Assembly: GCA_000697335.1 (NCBI GenBank)
Contig: JNEM01011368.1
Location: 1-33,783, forward strand
Direction: 5' to 3'
Source of the DNA: Conidiobolus incongruus B7586
Lineage: Eukaryota
Length of the DNA stretch: 33,783 nucleotides
Part shown: one piece after another, positions 24,014 to 33,783 of the stretch
Layout: the number at the start of each line of letters is the position of its first letter
Numbering within the stretch: position 1 is the stretch's first letter
Notes under the pieces: generated by a model
Told to the model about the DNA's origin: nothing
The model's database searches: none
Seen by the model: only the letters and a program-made list of their open reading frames with translations
Position numbers and translations under genes: made by a program

Positions 24014-24450
24014 TGACAACCGTAATTGTGGGAGAAAATAGACTTTTAGAACTTAAACGCGGAATCGCCAGTGGTAAACGATAGATTACCACAGAGTTAG
24101 GGGAAATTAATGGGGCTCACCAAATGAGGTGAAAATGGCTTACTATAATTCGGGTTCTTCAAGTAAAGTGAATATCTCATGCTTGTCATGACTCAATACT
24201 TTTGTGAGGGCTACGGGGAAAACTTAGGGACTGGATACTTTTGAAATGAAGATAAAATAGATATGTTTATTAGTTCATTCGTGATAATCTTATATTAGCT
24301 TTCATTGCTGATTTTTATGAATAGGAATGACTCAGTGATAGAAAGAAACACAACCACTCAGTTCAGGAAATGGGTGTTCCCCAATGTGACTTCTCGATTC
24401 AGTGTGGTAATCACAGTTCCTTGAAGGATTAACAAGATTATTTCCTATCA
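24014..24450 (+). mobile_element. Solo-LTR-like dispersed repeat, copy B
   Basis: GC-richer island running TGACAACC...TTCCTATCA, homologous in inverted orientation to 7478-7908. No clean TSD (TTTA vs GTCA). Confidence 0.72.
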
Positions 24451-24919
24451 GTCAAAATCATAAATTTTTTGGCATATTATTATAAGTTCTAATTAACTCT
24501 GATATGAAATGATTTAATCAATATTATTAAAAATAATATATAAGTGCTATATAAAGCTTGTATTTGGGAAATTGAAATGTCATTATTGTTTAATTATCAA
24601 TACTTGAATACTAATTTCATACAAATTTTAATTAATTCAATATTCAAAACATTTATTTGTATTTTTTGATATTCAATTATTATAAATTAGTCCATATTTG
24701 AAACTAATCAAAATTAGAGTTTGTAAAATTCATTAAAATATCCATATTATAATTTATACAATAGTAAATGAACCAATATATTAATTAATTGCAATGTTAA
24801 TTTTCATGCTGATGATCATTAATTTTAGCTGTCTTAATATTCAAAGTGGTGATTTGGTCCATTCCTTATTAAAATAAATTTAATATTTGGGAATTAATAA
24901 TTTTATTAATTCAATGGTC

Positions 24920-25970
24920 AATATGCAAGAAAATAATTTCCATTCTGCTGGGCCATGAACAATTCATAGTTCAGCTTGTATAGTGGTATGAAGATGGGTA
25001 TAGGACTTGCTAGGAAAAGAATGTAGATCATGATAGAATGGAGCTTGCTGATGATGCTGTTTTTATATTTGGTATTTCTGTGAAACCGGGCTATGATTAG
25101 ACCTAGAATGTGCTGGAAGAGGTAAAAGAATAGTCTAACAATTCTAATTCATCTTAAATATTGGCCAGGATGTTTTTTGCATCTGGTTCAAACTCACAAT
25201 TACTAGAAATATGATAAGAAAAACTGGTGTATCACGAGTCAAGACGGTGATGTGATAGATGAGCTATCTCTTGACAAATATTGATCTCAAAGATCAAACC
25301 ATCATTTTTTCAAAAAATGGAACAAAATTTGTTGCAGAGGTTATTAATACAACGTATAGAGAACCGTTAAATCCATTCGAAATCTCAAATTATAGTTCCG
25401 CATTGAGATTCCAAATTCGCTGCTCCATAGTCGTAAATTGAAAGTTTCAGAAATGTTTGATTCACCTATAATACAGTGCAACCAATATCTTCACAACTCA
25501 ATGTAATTACCTTGGATTGGTAGTAGCAGTATTTGGGTGGAAATACTTCGGGATATAATCACTTCCGTTAGAGTTCATTTGCATTTAACGCATCATGAGC
25601 TTTTGCACAGTTGTTTACATCACGGTCGAGTATAAAGCGAGAACAGTTTGGGGTGATCATAGAATAATTTTTACTGAAAGGATATTGATTATTAAGAGAA
25701 ATTAATTGAGAAAAACTAGTGCTTGTGCGATCTGCAACAAGGATGGAAGAGTTGGATAAAATTAATGCAGTTATAATGAGTAGGCATTGGTGCTATTTCT
25801 AGTCGAATGCCTGCTCATCAATTTCTAATTCAATATCTATATTATAAAATTTAATATAAAATTACTCAAGTTATTTTTGATTTCAGAGATCACGTTCAAA
25901 AAAGTATTATTGATTGTCCAAGTTTAAAGGCATTCATTGTTCAAAGAACAAATAGTTTAATCCAATAAAC
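24920..25970. other. GC-enriched decayed coding-like island of unknown origin
   Basis: About 1 kb with exon-like GC content but no long open frame on either strand (only a 60-aa ORF). I recognised no family motif. Confidence 0.35.
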
Positions 25971-26947
25971 TATCTATGCCATTAATCAATTTGATAAATT
26001 AATTATATTATCAGTATTAAAACTAGGTAAATTTTCAAAGAAATTTGTTTGATCTTCTTATTTGAATGTCTTAAATTGCTTTATCTAGTTTTTAGATAAC
26101 AATTTACCTGTACAAAATAAAAAAATGACCAAAAGAACTAACAGATAATTATGATCATGATTGAATAGTAATTTAACTTATTCCTTGATTGATTTAAATA
26201 CCGTTTTTGAAGATTTTAAAATTAAGATATTATATATATCCACATTACAATTCATATTCCAAGTTTATTATTTCAATTTTGATAATTATTTCTTTGATTT
26301 ATTTTAAAAGTTGATCTTTTTAATTTTCTCTGGTTTTAGTATATCATATTTAGTATTTGTTTGGATTGTTATCAATTATTAACCCGAATATAATGCTCAT
26401 TTTAAATCTTTTATACATTGGAAATTGATTTGATTAATATATTTAATTTGAAATGTAAACATTAGATAATTTATAATAATGTTAATGTATTTTTCTCATT
26501 GATCGTTTATGTATTAGAAAGCAGTCACCACTATTCAATATATACTTATATAAGTCCTTATTATCAAACATTAAGTTATATTTCTTGGAAAATATATACA
26601 TTTTTGGTGAATGAATATTTCAGGTGAGTATTCAGTATTGAATAAAAGAATTATGGATAATCAAAAGGTTGGTATTATTAATTGATAGTATTATATACAA
26701 TTCAATTCAATCTTATCAAATATCAAATATTTTCAGTTTCTTTTTATACTTTATGAAACGTTTAAAATTATAAATTTTACTCATCTTTTCAATTATACTT
26801 AAAATCTGTGATCAATCTTTTTAAAATTCAAGGAATGGAAGAATTATAGTAATAGATCATTTCTCACAATCATTATAATTTTAGTTAAATTATAAAAGAT
26901 TAAATTAATTATTATCACTTTGAAATTATTAATACTGTAATATAATT

Positions 26948-27912
26948 ATGGAAATTGCTGTGAGTATTTTGGCGACTTCAGCTTCAGCAGTCGTAGTAGA
27001 TCTATAACTCATCCTTGTAAGTTGATAATGTGGATCCTTAACCCTTTAAATTAATCTGATTATTTTAGTGGATACAATTAGAACAAGAGTACAAGCGGGT
27101 CTTCCAGCGATCCCTTCCGCTCAAATTGATGGCTCCAAATCATTTACTAATACTTTAGCAGGTCTTTATCGTGGTTGGTCCATAGTAGTCCGATTTTCAA
27201 TCCCTGGACCCTCGGTGTTTTTAGGTGGTTATGACGCTTCAAAATATTTGTTGGATAAATATACTAATTTGAAATCGGATAATTCTTTGAATCATATGAC
27301 TTCAGGTCTTATTGCACAACAGTTTGCTCACTTAATATTTGCTCCCATGGAATTATTCAAAACTGTTTATCAAACTTCGACTCTAACGAAAGGAACGCCA
27401 CCTGTTCCTCTCACTTCTATTATTAGTCAAATGTACAAACTTGATGGATTTAAAGGAATATATCGTGGAGATTTGCTGGGTATGGCTGTCTATGTTCCTC
27501 ATATTATTATTTATTTTAGCGCTTATGAGAAATTTAAAACTTTATTGGGTTCTAAAAAGACTGGAAAAGAAGCTAAAAACTCAATGGCTTGGAATATTTA
27601 ATCGCATCATCCGGTGCCACAGCAATTGGTGTAGTATTCACGCACCTTGTGGAAGTAATTAACACACGATATCAAGTCGTCAACACCCAAACCTCTGTTT
27701 CTAACGAGACATCTTTTAAGAAAATTGAGCTCAGGCAGCTTGTAAAAACCATGCATTCAGCTTAAGGGCTGAGAGTATTTTATTCTGGACTGATTTTTCG
27801 TATTTGTTGGATGGCACCAAATACAGCAATGAGTATGTCTTTATATGAGCTATTCAAATCCCAAATTCTATATTATTTACAATCCTCATCATTTGATTCT
27901 ATTAAAATTTAA
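26948..27912 (+). pseudogene. Mitochondrial carrier (SLC25) pseudogene
   Basis: Three carrier repeats: HP|LDTIRTR across intron 27017-27068, APMELFKT and HLVEVINTR, with GLYRG, GIYRG and VFYSG. Lesions: a frameshift in exon 1 (~26995), a frameshift at ~27590 and an in-frame TAA at 27763-27765 where EG is expected. Confidence 0.85.
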
Positions 27913-28181
27913 ATTAATTAATATATTTAGAAAATAAATCACCTAAGATGAATTCTTTTGAATAATACTTGAATATATAAACTTACAAATTGTTGGTTGA
28001 TACTTGATTCATATTTACAAATTCTATATTTGTTTTTATTAGATTTTTGACTCTAAGAAATCTTGTTATTAATAGTCTATTTTTACTAATTACATTTAAT
28101 GTTGATATCATAGTTTTAACTATATCACTGAAAATTTTGATTAAATAGGAAATTATGTACTTGTTAAACTAGTCAAAGGAA

Positions 28182-28203
28182 ATATATATATATATATATA
28201 TAT
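28182..28203. repeat. (AT)11 microsatellite
   Basis: Perfect AT dinucleotide run. Shorter runs occur near 7198-7216 and 19321-19334. Confidence 0.8.
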
Positions 28204-28256
28204 TAAACGATTATATGAAATTGTTTGAGTTGATAAAAATACAGCGACATACGAAA

Positions 28257-30194
28257 TCAGGAACTTATATCAAAACCTAACTTGAGTGAAATACTCTTTA
28301 GCTTAGGCAATAAATCCTTGAAAGGGGCATAGTTTTGACTACTTAGCTCAATCTGTTGATAAATAATTTTGAGAGACTCTCTCATTTCTGGCTGAGCACT
28401 AAGTGGTAAGTGGGGATATTCTTGAAAGCAGATTGTAGCTGCTCTAATAATATAAATATATCGAAAACTAACAAAATTAGGAGGGTATAGTGCGGTAATA
28501 TGAGCCAATTGACGACTAGAATTGATCAGTCTTTTCATTTGACTTGAAGGCAAGGGCGAGGATGTATCTGAATTGGCGTGGGGTCGCAGAGAATTTACAA
28601 TAATACTAAAGGTCTTAAGCATAAGAACAAATCCCCACACAAATGGAGTGATAATCGAGTGGGCAGTTAGATCTGTATACTTGCGACTGAGATTGGTGAA
28701 ATGAGTCAATCCAAAAATATATCCGCAATCTAGAGAAATATTTACAATTCGAATATGTTCTAAAAGTCGTTCAGGAGAAATAATTTCGGTTGGGTCTTGC
28801 GGGGAACTCAGTTTCCGAATATGATAAGCAACAGGCAAAACAAACTTTTCAAGGATATATCGAAATAAATACAGGCATTTAGGTTGGATTTGGTCAATAA
28901 TATGGTTATGATGATCATCTTGACTATTTTCGGGACTCGAGTTAGGACTACATTTCTGGTACCAGAACATATGTTGGTTGGGTACAATACCATTTGGAAG
29001 GTCAAATTTATGAATAAAGCTTAAATTCAAAGGTATGTATCCGTTTTTAGAGATGATACCGGATGAAATACAGTTAGGGCTGTATTCAGTTTTTCTGAAA
29101 TATACCTCTGGGATGAAAGAATCCGTATTAAAAAATGAATTCCCAGAAATATCGAAAGATATAAGGATATTCCAAATATTGGCCCTATTCATTGTTCGAT
29201 CATATAAAAATTTAGGTTCCAAGCGGTGTAAGCCCAGACTGTAAGCAATTCGTATTGCTTGTGTGAGAAAAAATTTGCACAATGATATATTGTTGGAATA
29301 GCCTATGGAGTTGGCCATGATCATCATTGCATACATTAGAGGGAAACGGTCATTGTAGTACATTTTACTGATCTGTCTCAGTGAATATTCCTTCAAGTAT
29401 TGACAAAGAAAAGGATCCTGGTTCGGACGACATAAATATCCAATATAATACATGGCTGAAAGTAAACAAGGAGAGGTTTTTAAACGGTTTTGTTGAAATC
29501 CTTTAAGGTCGAAGATTGGGTAAAATATATGGACTCTATTGATATAAATATCAATTAGTTCATTCCAAAATTGAGGATCAAAAAGATTTTGAAAACTGTC
29601 GCTCTGAATTAGCTTGGACAAATGAGATCCTTCCAAATTTAATTCTGCGAGGCGGCCTTGAAGCTTCAAGAAGAAAGCCGAGCTATCGGGATTGGTAATA
29701 ATTGATGGAGTTGAATTAGTTTTTCCAACCAAAAAGTCAATAGACGAAGAGCTATGGGGTAATGACAATAATTCTTCTATCTTGCTTTTATCCGAACTGA
29801 GTAAAGCCAAAAGCAATTTCTTGCCTATAGGTGTTAAGTCAGTGTTAAGATTTAGTGAACTACTTAATTTAGATGAAGGTATATATTCAACTAATCTTTT
29901 TTTAGAAATCTGCATATCATTTCTTGGACTAGGTATACCATACTCTATTAAATGTTTTTGAGAGTTAATTATTTCATTTTGTTTAATTTCATTCAAATTA
30001 TATTGTGGTAAAGTATCAATGAAATGCGTCTTCTTCTGTTTTTGGCGACCTTTGAAATTATAATAACACGGAACTTTACGTTTTGTACAACGAATACAGG
30101 CAGGTAGTTGGCGATCGCATTTCACCCTTCTCTCTCTACAGTCAGTACAGGAAACGACGCTAACCCTCTCATTGACTGCAAACTGAACAATCAT
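28257..30194 (-). CDS. Zn(II)2Cys6 fungal transcription factor with middle homology region (645 aa)
   Basis: CTDCRERRVKCDRQLPACIRCTKRKVPC binuclear cluster. LIDIYINRVHIFYPIFD and QAIRIAYSLGLH...RANIWNILISFD resemble the fungal-specific TF domain. Confidence 0.92.
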   Translation of the reverse strand: MIVQFAVNERVSVVSCTDCRERRVKCDRQLPACIRCTKRKVPCYYNFKGRQKQKKTHFIDTLPQYNLNEIKQNEIINSQKHLIEYGIPSPRNDMQISKKRLVEYIPSSKLSSSLNLNTDLTPIGKKLLLALLSSDKSKIEELLSLPHSSSSIDFLVGKTNSTPSIITNPDSSAFFLKLQGRLAELNLEGSHLSKLIQSDSFQNLFDPQFWNELIDIYINRVHIFYPIFDLKGFQQNRLKTSPCLLSAMYYIGYLCRPNQDPFLCQYLKEYSLRQISKMYYNDRFPLMYAMMIMANSIGYSNNISLCKFFLTQAIRIAYSLGLHRLEPKFLYDRTMNRANIWNILISFDISGNSFFNTDSFIPEVYFRKTEYSPNCISSGIISKNGYIPLNLSFIHKFDLPNGIVPNQHMFWYQKCSPNSSPENSQDDHHNHIIDQIQPKCLYLFRYILEKFVLPVAYHIRKLSSPQDPTEIISPERLLEHIRIVNISLDCGYIFGLTHFTNLSRKYTDLTAHSIITPFVWGFVLMLKTFSIIVNSLRPHANSDTSSPLPSSQMKRLINSSRQLAHITALYPPNFVSFRYIYIIRAATICFQEYPHLPLSAQPEMRESLKIIYQQIELSSQNYAPFKDLLPKLKSISLKLGFDISS

Positions 30195-33100
30195 AATAGC
30201 ATTTAATAAATGTATTGATTAGATATAAACAAAGACTATGTGGCAATTTTATATTTGGTAATGATTTAATTAAAATTAATATTGATAAAATATATAAAAT
30301 CAAAATAATTCACTTTGAATAAATGAAACTCATTAATTATAATTAAATGTAAAAACTTAATTATTAATTCTTCAAAACAAGCAAGTTGATTGGATGATTA
30401 GGAACCAGTCTTTTTCTCATCTCTTAATCAAGTTGCCACATTTTTAAAATCATTTTGTTGTCACATTATATTATTAATTATTAGCATTACTTTTATCCAT
30501 TTTATTTTCTAGAATGCCCACTTCACTCCAGGATATGTTAAACTGCCTATTAATAGCAAAAACTCCTGATATATTTTTCAATTTAGAACCCATCAGATTT
30601 TGAAGTACCAAACGTACTTTGTAACACTTGGTGAACCTGTATGGTGCATGTTTCCAGTTTCAAATTTGCTTATGTTTTTTAATCAAAATTTAATTATATT
30701 TGAATTATCATGAACATCCGTTTAAATTATATTTTAGAACCTTGAAGGTGTATTGCTATCAAAAATATTTTTTTGTTGCTCAAATATTGGGAAATTTTTC
30801 GGGATTCAAAAGTAGTTTGTCTTAACTCAATAAAATCATAGCGATCACAGAGTAATTAAAGTAAATCTGAATTAAGATTATAGTGTGTGATAAGTTTAAT
30901 GATGCTGGAAAAATATAATAGCTTAAGAAAATCCATTTTTATTATTTAAAAATTCATTTGAACTTTGGGTTTGATGCTTATGAATGATCTAAAGTTATTG
31001 ATATGCTTATTTAACGTACAATACATTGTGTAATTATTATACATTATTGTTTGTTATAAAATAAATAAACTATCTGTATATTCAATGAATTTATTAGCTA
31101 TTAATATTTGAAACCATTCCATTTAATTAAATATAATTTAGAAATAAAATGAGGGTTTTGAAATTTTAACAACTATCCGAAAATTTTCCTTATCAACCAC
31201 TAATCTTTCATTACTTTCTGATTAATTTGCGGTTTTATTTACAGCAAATTTATTGAATAATTTAATAAACAAATTTAAATTGATCTGAATTCTAATCAAA
31301 ACATTGTATACTTCAATATCATGGTTTCATGGTTTCATTGTTCCATATTTGAAATATATTTCTTTGCAGATATTAATCATTTAGTGATCTATATTAAAGA
31401 GTAACCAGTATCCTAAGCAGTGTAATAAGAAATAGTACACCCAAACAGTAATTACAAATCAAACCATTTTGAAGAGTGTTTTGATATTTGAATCATATAA
31501 TCCAAAGTAATGGTTAAATGATCATATTTTGTTTCTCTTTATTAATTTAATCGAGTCATGGGCTACTTTCTATTCTGAACAAGCCTTTAACCGCTGATAC
31601 CATTGCTATTTGAAAATATTATAGTCTTTTTAGGTATATGATTTTGCTCTGTTTTGAAAAAACTTTAAATACTATTTCCTTATTATCTAAACTGGTAGTG
31701 TCACAAAATCAATATCTGGTCCTATATTCTCAAAAATTATCTCATAATTATATTCTAATATTGTTTGAACCATACGGATTAGCACCTCTAAGAATATCTC
31801 CTATCATGATGCTTTTAAGCTAGAACATTATTTTTAGATTCTATATCCATTATTTTCCAAATTTAAAATAAATATTTGAATATAATACAAAATTAATTAA
31901 TTTAATATAATCAATTAAATTTGAGCATATTAACTTTAGAATCTTAAGTTATTTTATCTCAATTTTAAGTTGTTTTAGAATAAGCCAATCAAAGCTCTGA
32001 TTGTATTCAATAGACTTATATAATGTTTAATCAACTTTATAAATTTCAGTTGAGAGTGAATAAATTAATATTCATCTATTAACTCGTTTGTTGATTTTTA
32101 GAAAGTTTGTGAAAGGACTTATCTTGCTTGTTTCCGGATATTGGATTCAATATTCAACTTGTGTAATATTCCATGATTAAATATTTAAATTATTACAACT
32201 GTACAAATATAGAATATATCATCTGATTATAACATTAAAAACATCTTATAGTTCCGTTTTCATATATTACTTATTATTTATACTTTAATTAAACAAATAT
32301 AATAGTATAGTAATTCGATACTTTATATAATTTTGTTAAATATACAAAGTGAGTTTATAAATGGTTATATGAAAGCTTGCTAGAAAATATAATAAAATCA
32401 ACGTCAGTATATTACAATGGATTTTTGTAAAATATTCAGCTAAATCAATGAGATACAGATTAAATTTAAAGATCGCATTATCTATTACTGCATGCGATCA
32501 AAATTAAACTATGTACATTATCGATTGCCACAAATTTGGCAGTATTTTAACTTTGACTCAGTTTTTAAATTATTTTCAACATTTCTCTACACTCACTAGA
32601 TATAAAAGGAACAAATAGCGAAGACAATTATAATATTGTGAAAAACAATCCCAGTTTAATTGATTATTAAAAATTTGAATAATTAGCCTTTGAAACAGAT
32701 GTAACCAAATATAATTGAATTTATTATTGAAATGCACTTTAAAATTAATGATTGAATAATTATTATTTTTTGACTAATTTGGTAAATTGAACAACATAAT
32801 AATTATTTTTTCTTATTTCAATTAGTTTATTAAAATATAACTTGAATTTATTCTACTTTGCCTGAATAAATAAAACATCAGGATCAATATTAAGTAAATG
32901 GATATTAGATTTATTTTTTAGATAATTCGACTTTTATTTTAAATTATTTAATATACAATAATTTTTGTTATGATACACAATAAATATTTAAAGTGAATAT
33001 TTTATAAATTTTTATCTATAACTGATATATTAAAATATTTTAAATCTATAATTCAAGTATAAATTTAAAATAATCATTATTTTGAGAAATTTCCACAGTT

Positions 33101-33389
33101 TTGGTATATATAAATAAATATCTGAGTAGTATTAACAAATATTTACCAAATAGTAAATGACTTTGTAAATAATCAGTTATTCAACTTATTTTGAATAGTG
33201 GAGTATAATAAATTATTGATATAAAAAGTATTTTTTAAATTTATTAAATATTGATTCAGAAATATGATATAATATAATCATTAATAATGTTTAATTGAAA
33301 AATATATTACTTCATAATAAGCATGATATGACAATATATATGAAAACATACTATATTAAATAGGGATACCTTTTATTATATATATATAT

Positions 33390-33783
33390 GCTAAATATTA
33401 TAAATAAAAGTATATTATTTATTTTTTTAAAAAATTATATTTGGTATTTGATATTTTTATAAAAATTAAATAATAACAAAATTTTAATATTAAATATTAT
33501 ATAGTTTTTATATTTAGTATACAAAAATATATAATAATTATAAAAATAATTTTATCTTTAATTATCAATAACTTTTTACCAAACTTTTTATAAATCTTTA
33601 ATATTTAAAAAATATTGATGATTTTTAATAACTAATATTTGATTATTCAAATAATTAAATTTATTTCCCAGAATTTCCTTTCCAATAAGCATATTCTTGA
33701 ATTAACCAAAATAAAAATAATTATATATATTATAATAAAAAAATATCTTATATATGGTAGATTTTTTTTGATTTATCTTTATA
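33390..33783 (-). mobile_element. Second hypermutated mariner copy (3' part only; continues beyond the window)
   Basis: A minus-strand frame at 33726-33556 reads YNYFYFG*FKNMLIGKEILGNKFNYLNNQILVIKNHQYFLNIKDL*KVW*KVIDN*R. It aligns with the C-terminus of the 17.4-18.4 kb relic (YNYNCFK*LKKQLI.KKIPINKLN...QILIL...YFSNIKSLLKI*KKVINNKR). A segment near 33390-33420 resembles the end of copy 1. Confidence 0.72.

Noticed and set aside
24189..24334. Two TGACTCA (Gcn4-type) sites in LTR-like copy B
   Set aside because: Neither is conserved in copy A, and the first appears to be a CpG->TpG decay product.
490..30194. A functional gene cluster (iron regulator, ARO1, crotonase, carrier, Zn2Cys6) such as a siderophore or aromatic metabolite cluster
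   Set aside because: There is no NRPS/PKS/NIS backbone or tailoring enzyme set. The genes are interleaved with unrelated housekeeping genes and relics.

Overview
This is a very AT-rich eukaryotic (fungal) genomic window with short GT-AG introns. Composition and gene structure suggest an early-diverging fungus such as an entomophthoralean Conidiobolus-type species; that assignment is an inference. Intact genes: an SreA/Fep1/Urbs1-type iron-responsive GATA repressor, a peroxisomal enoyl-CoA isomerase-like gene, pentafunctional ARO1, PAM16, RPA49, PTH2 and a Zn2Cys6 transcription factor. Between them lie decayed sequences that the ORF track misses. These are an M14 carboxypeptidase pseudogene, a multi-exon MSH4-like meiotic MutS pseudogene, a mitochondrial-carrier pseudogene and two related ~435-bp TG...CA solo-LTR-like repeats in opposite orientation. 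The most notable is a near-complete mariner (DD34D-type) transposase at ~17.4-18.4 kb, almost erased by C->T and G->A transitions, with a second related copy running off the right end. That hypermutation resembles a RIP-like or methylation-linked repeat-defence process and is the main candidate for an undescribed system. All homology calls come from reading motifs by eye; no searches were run.
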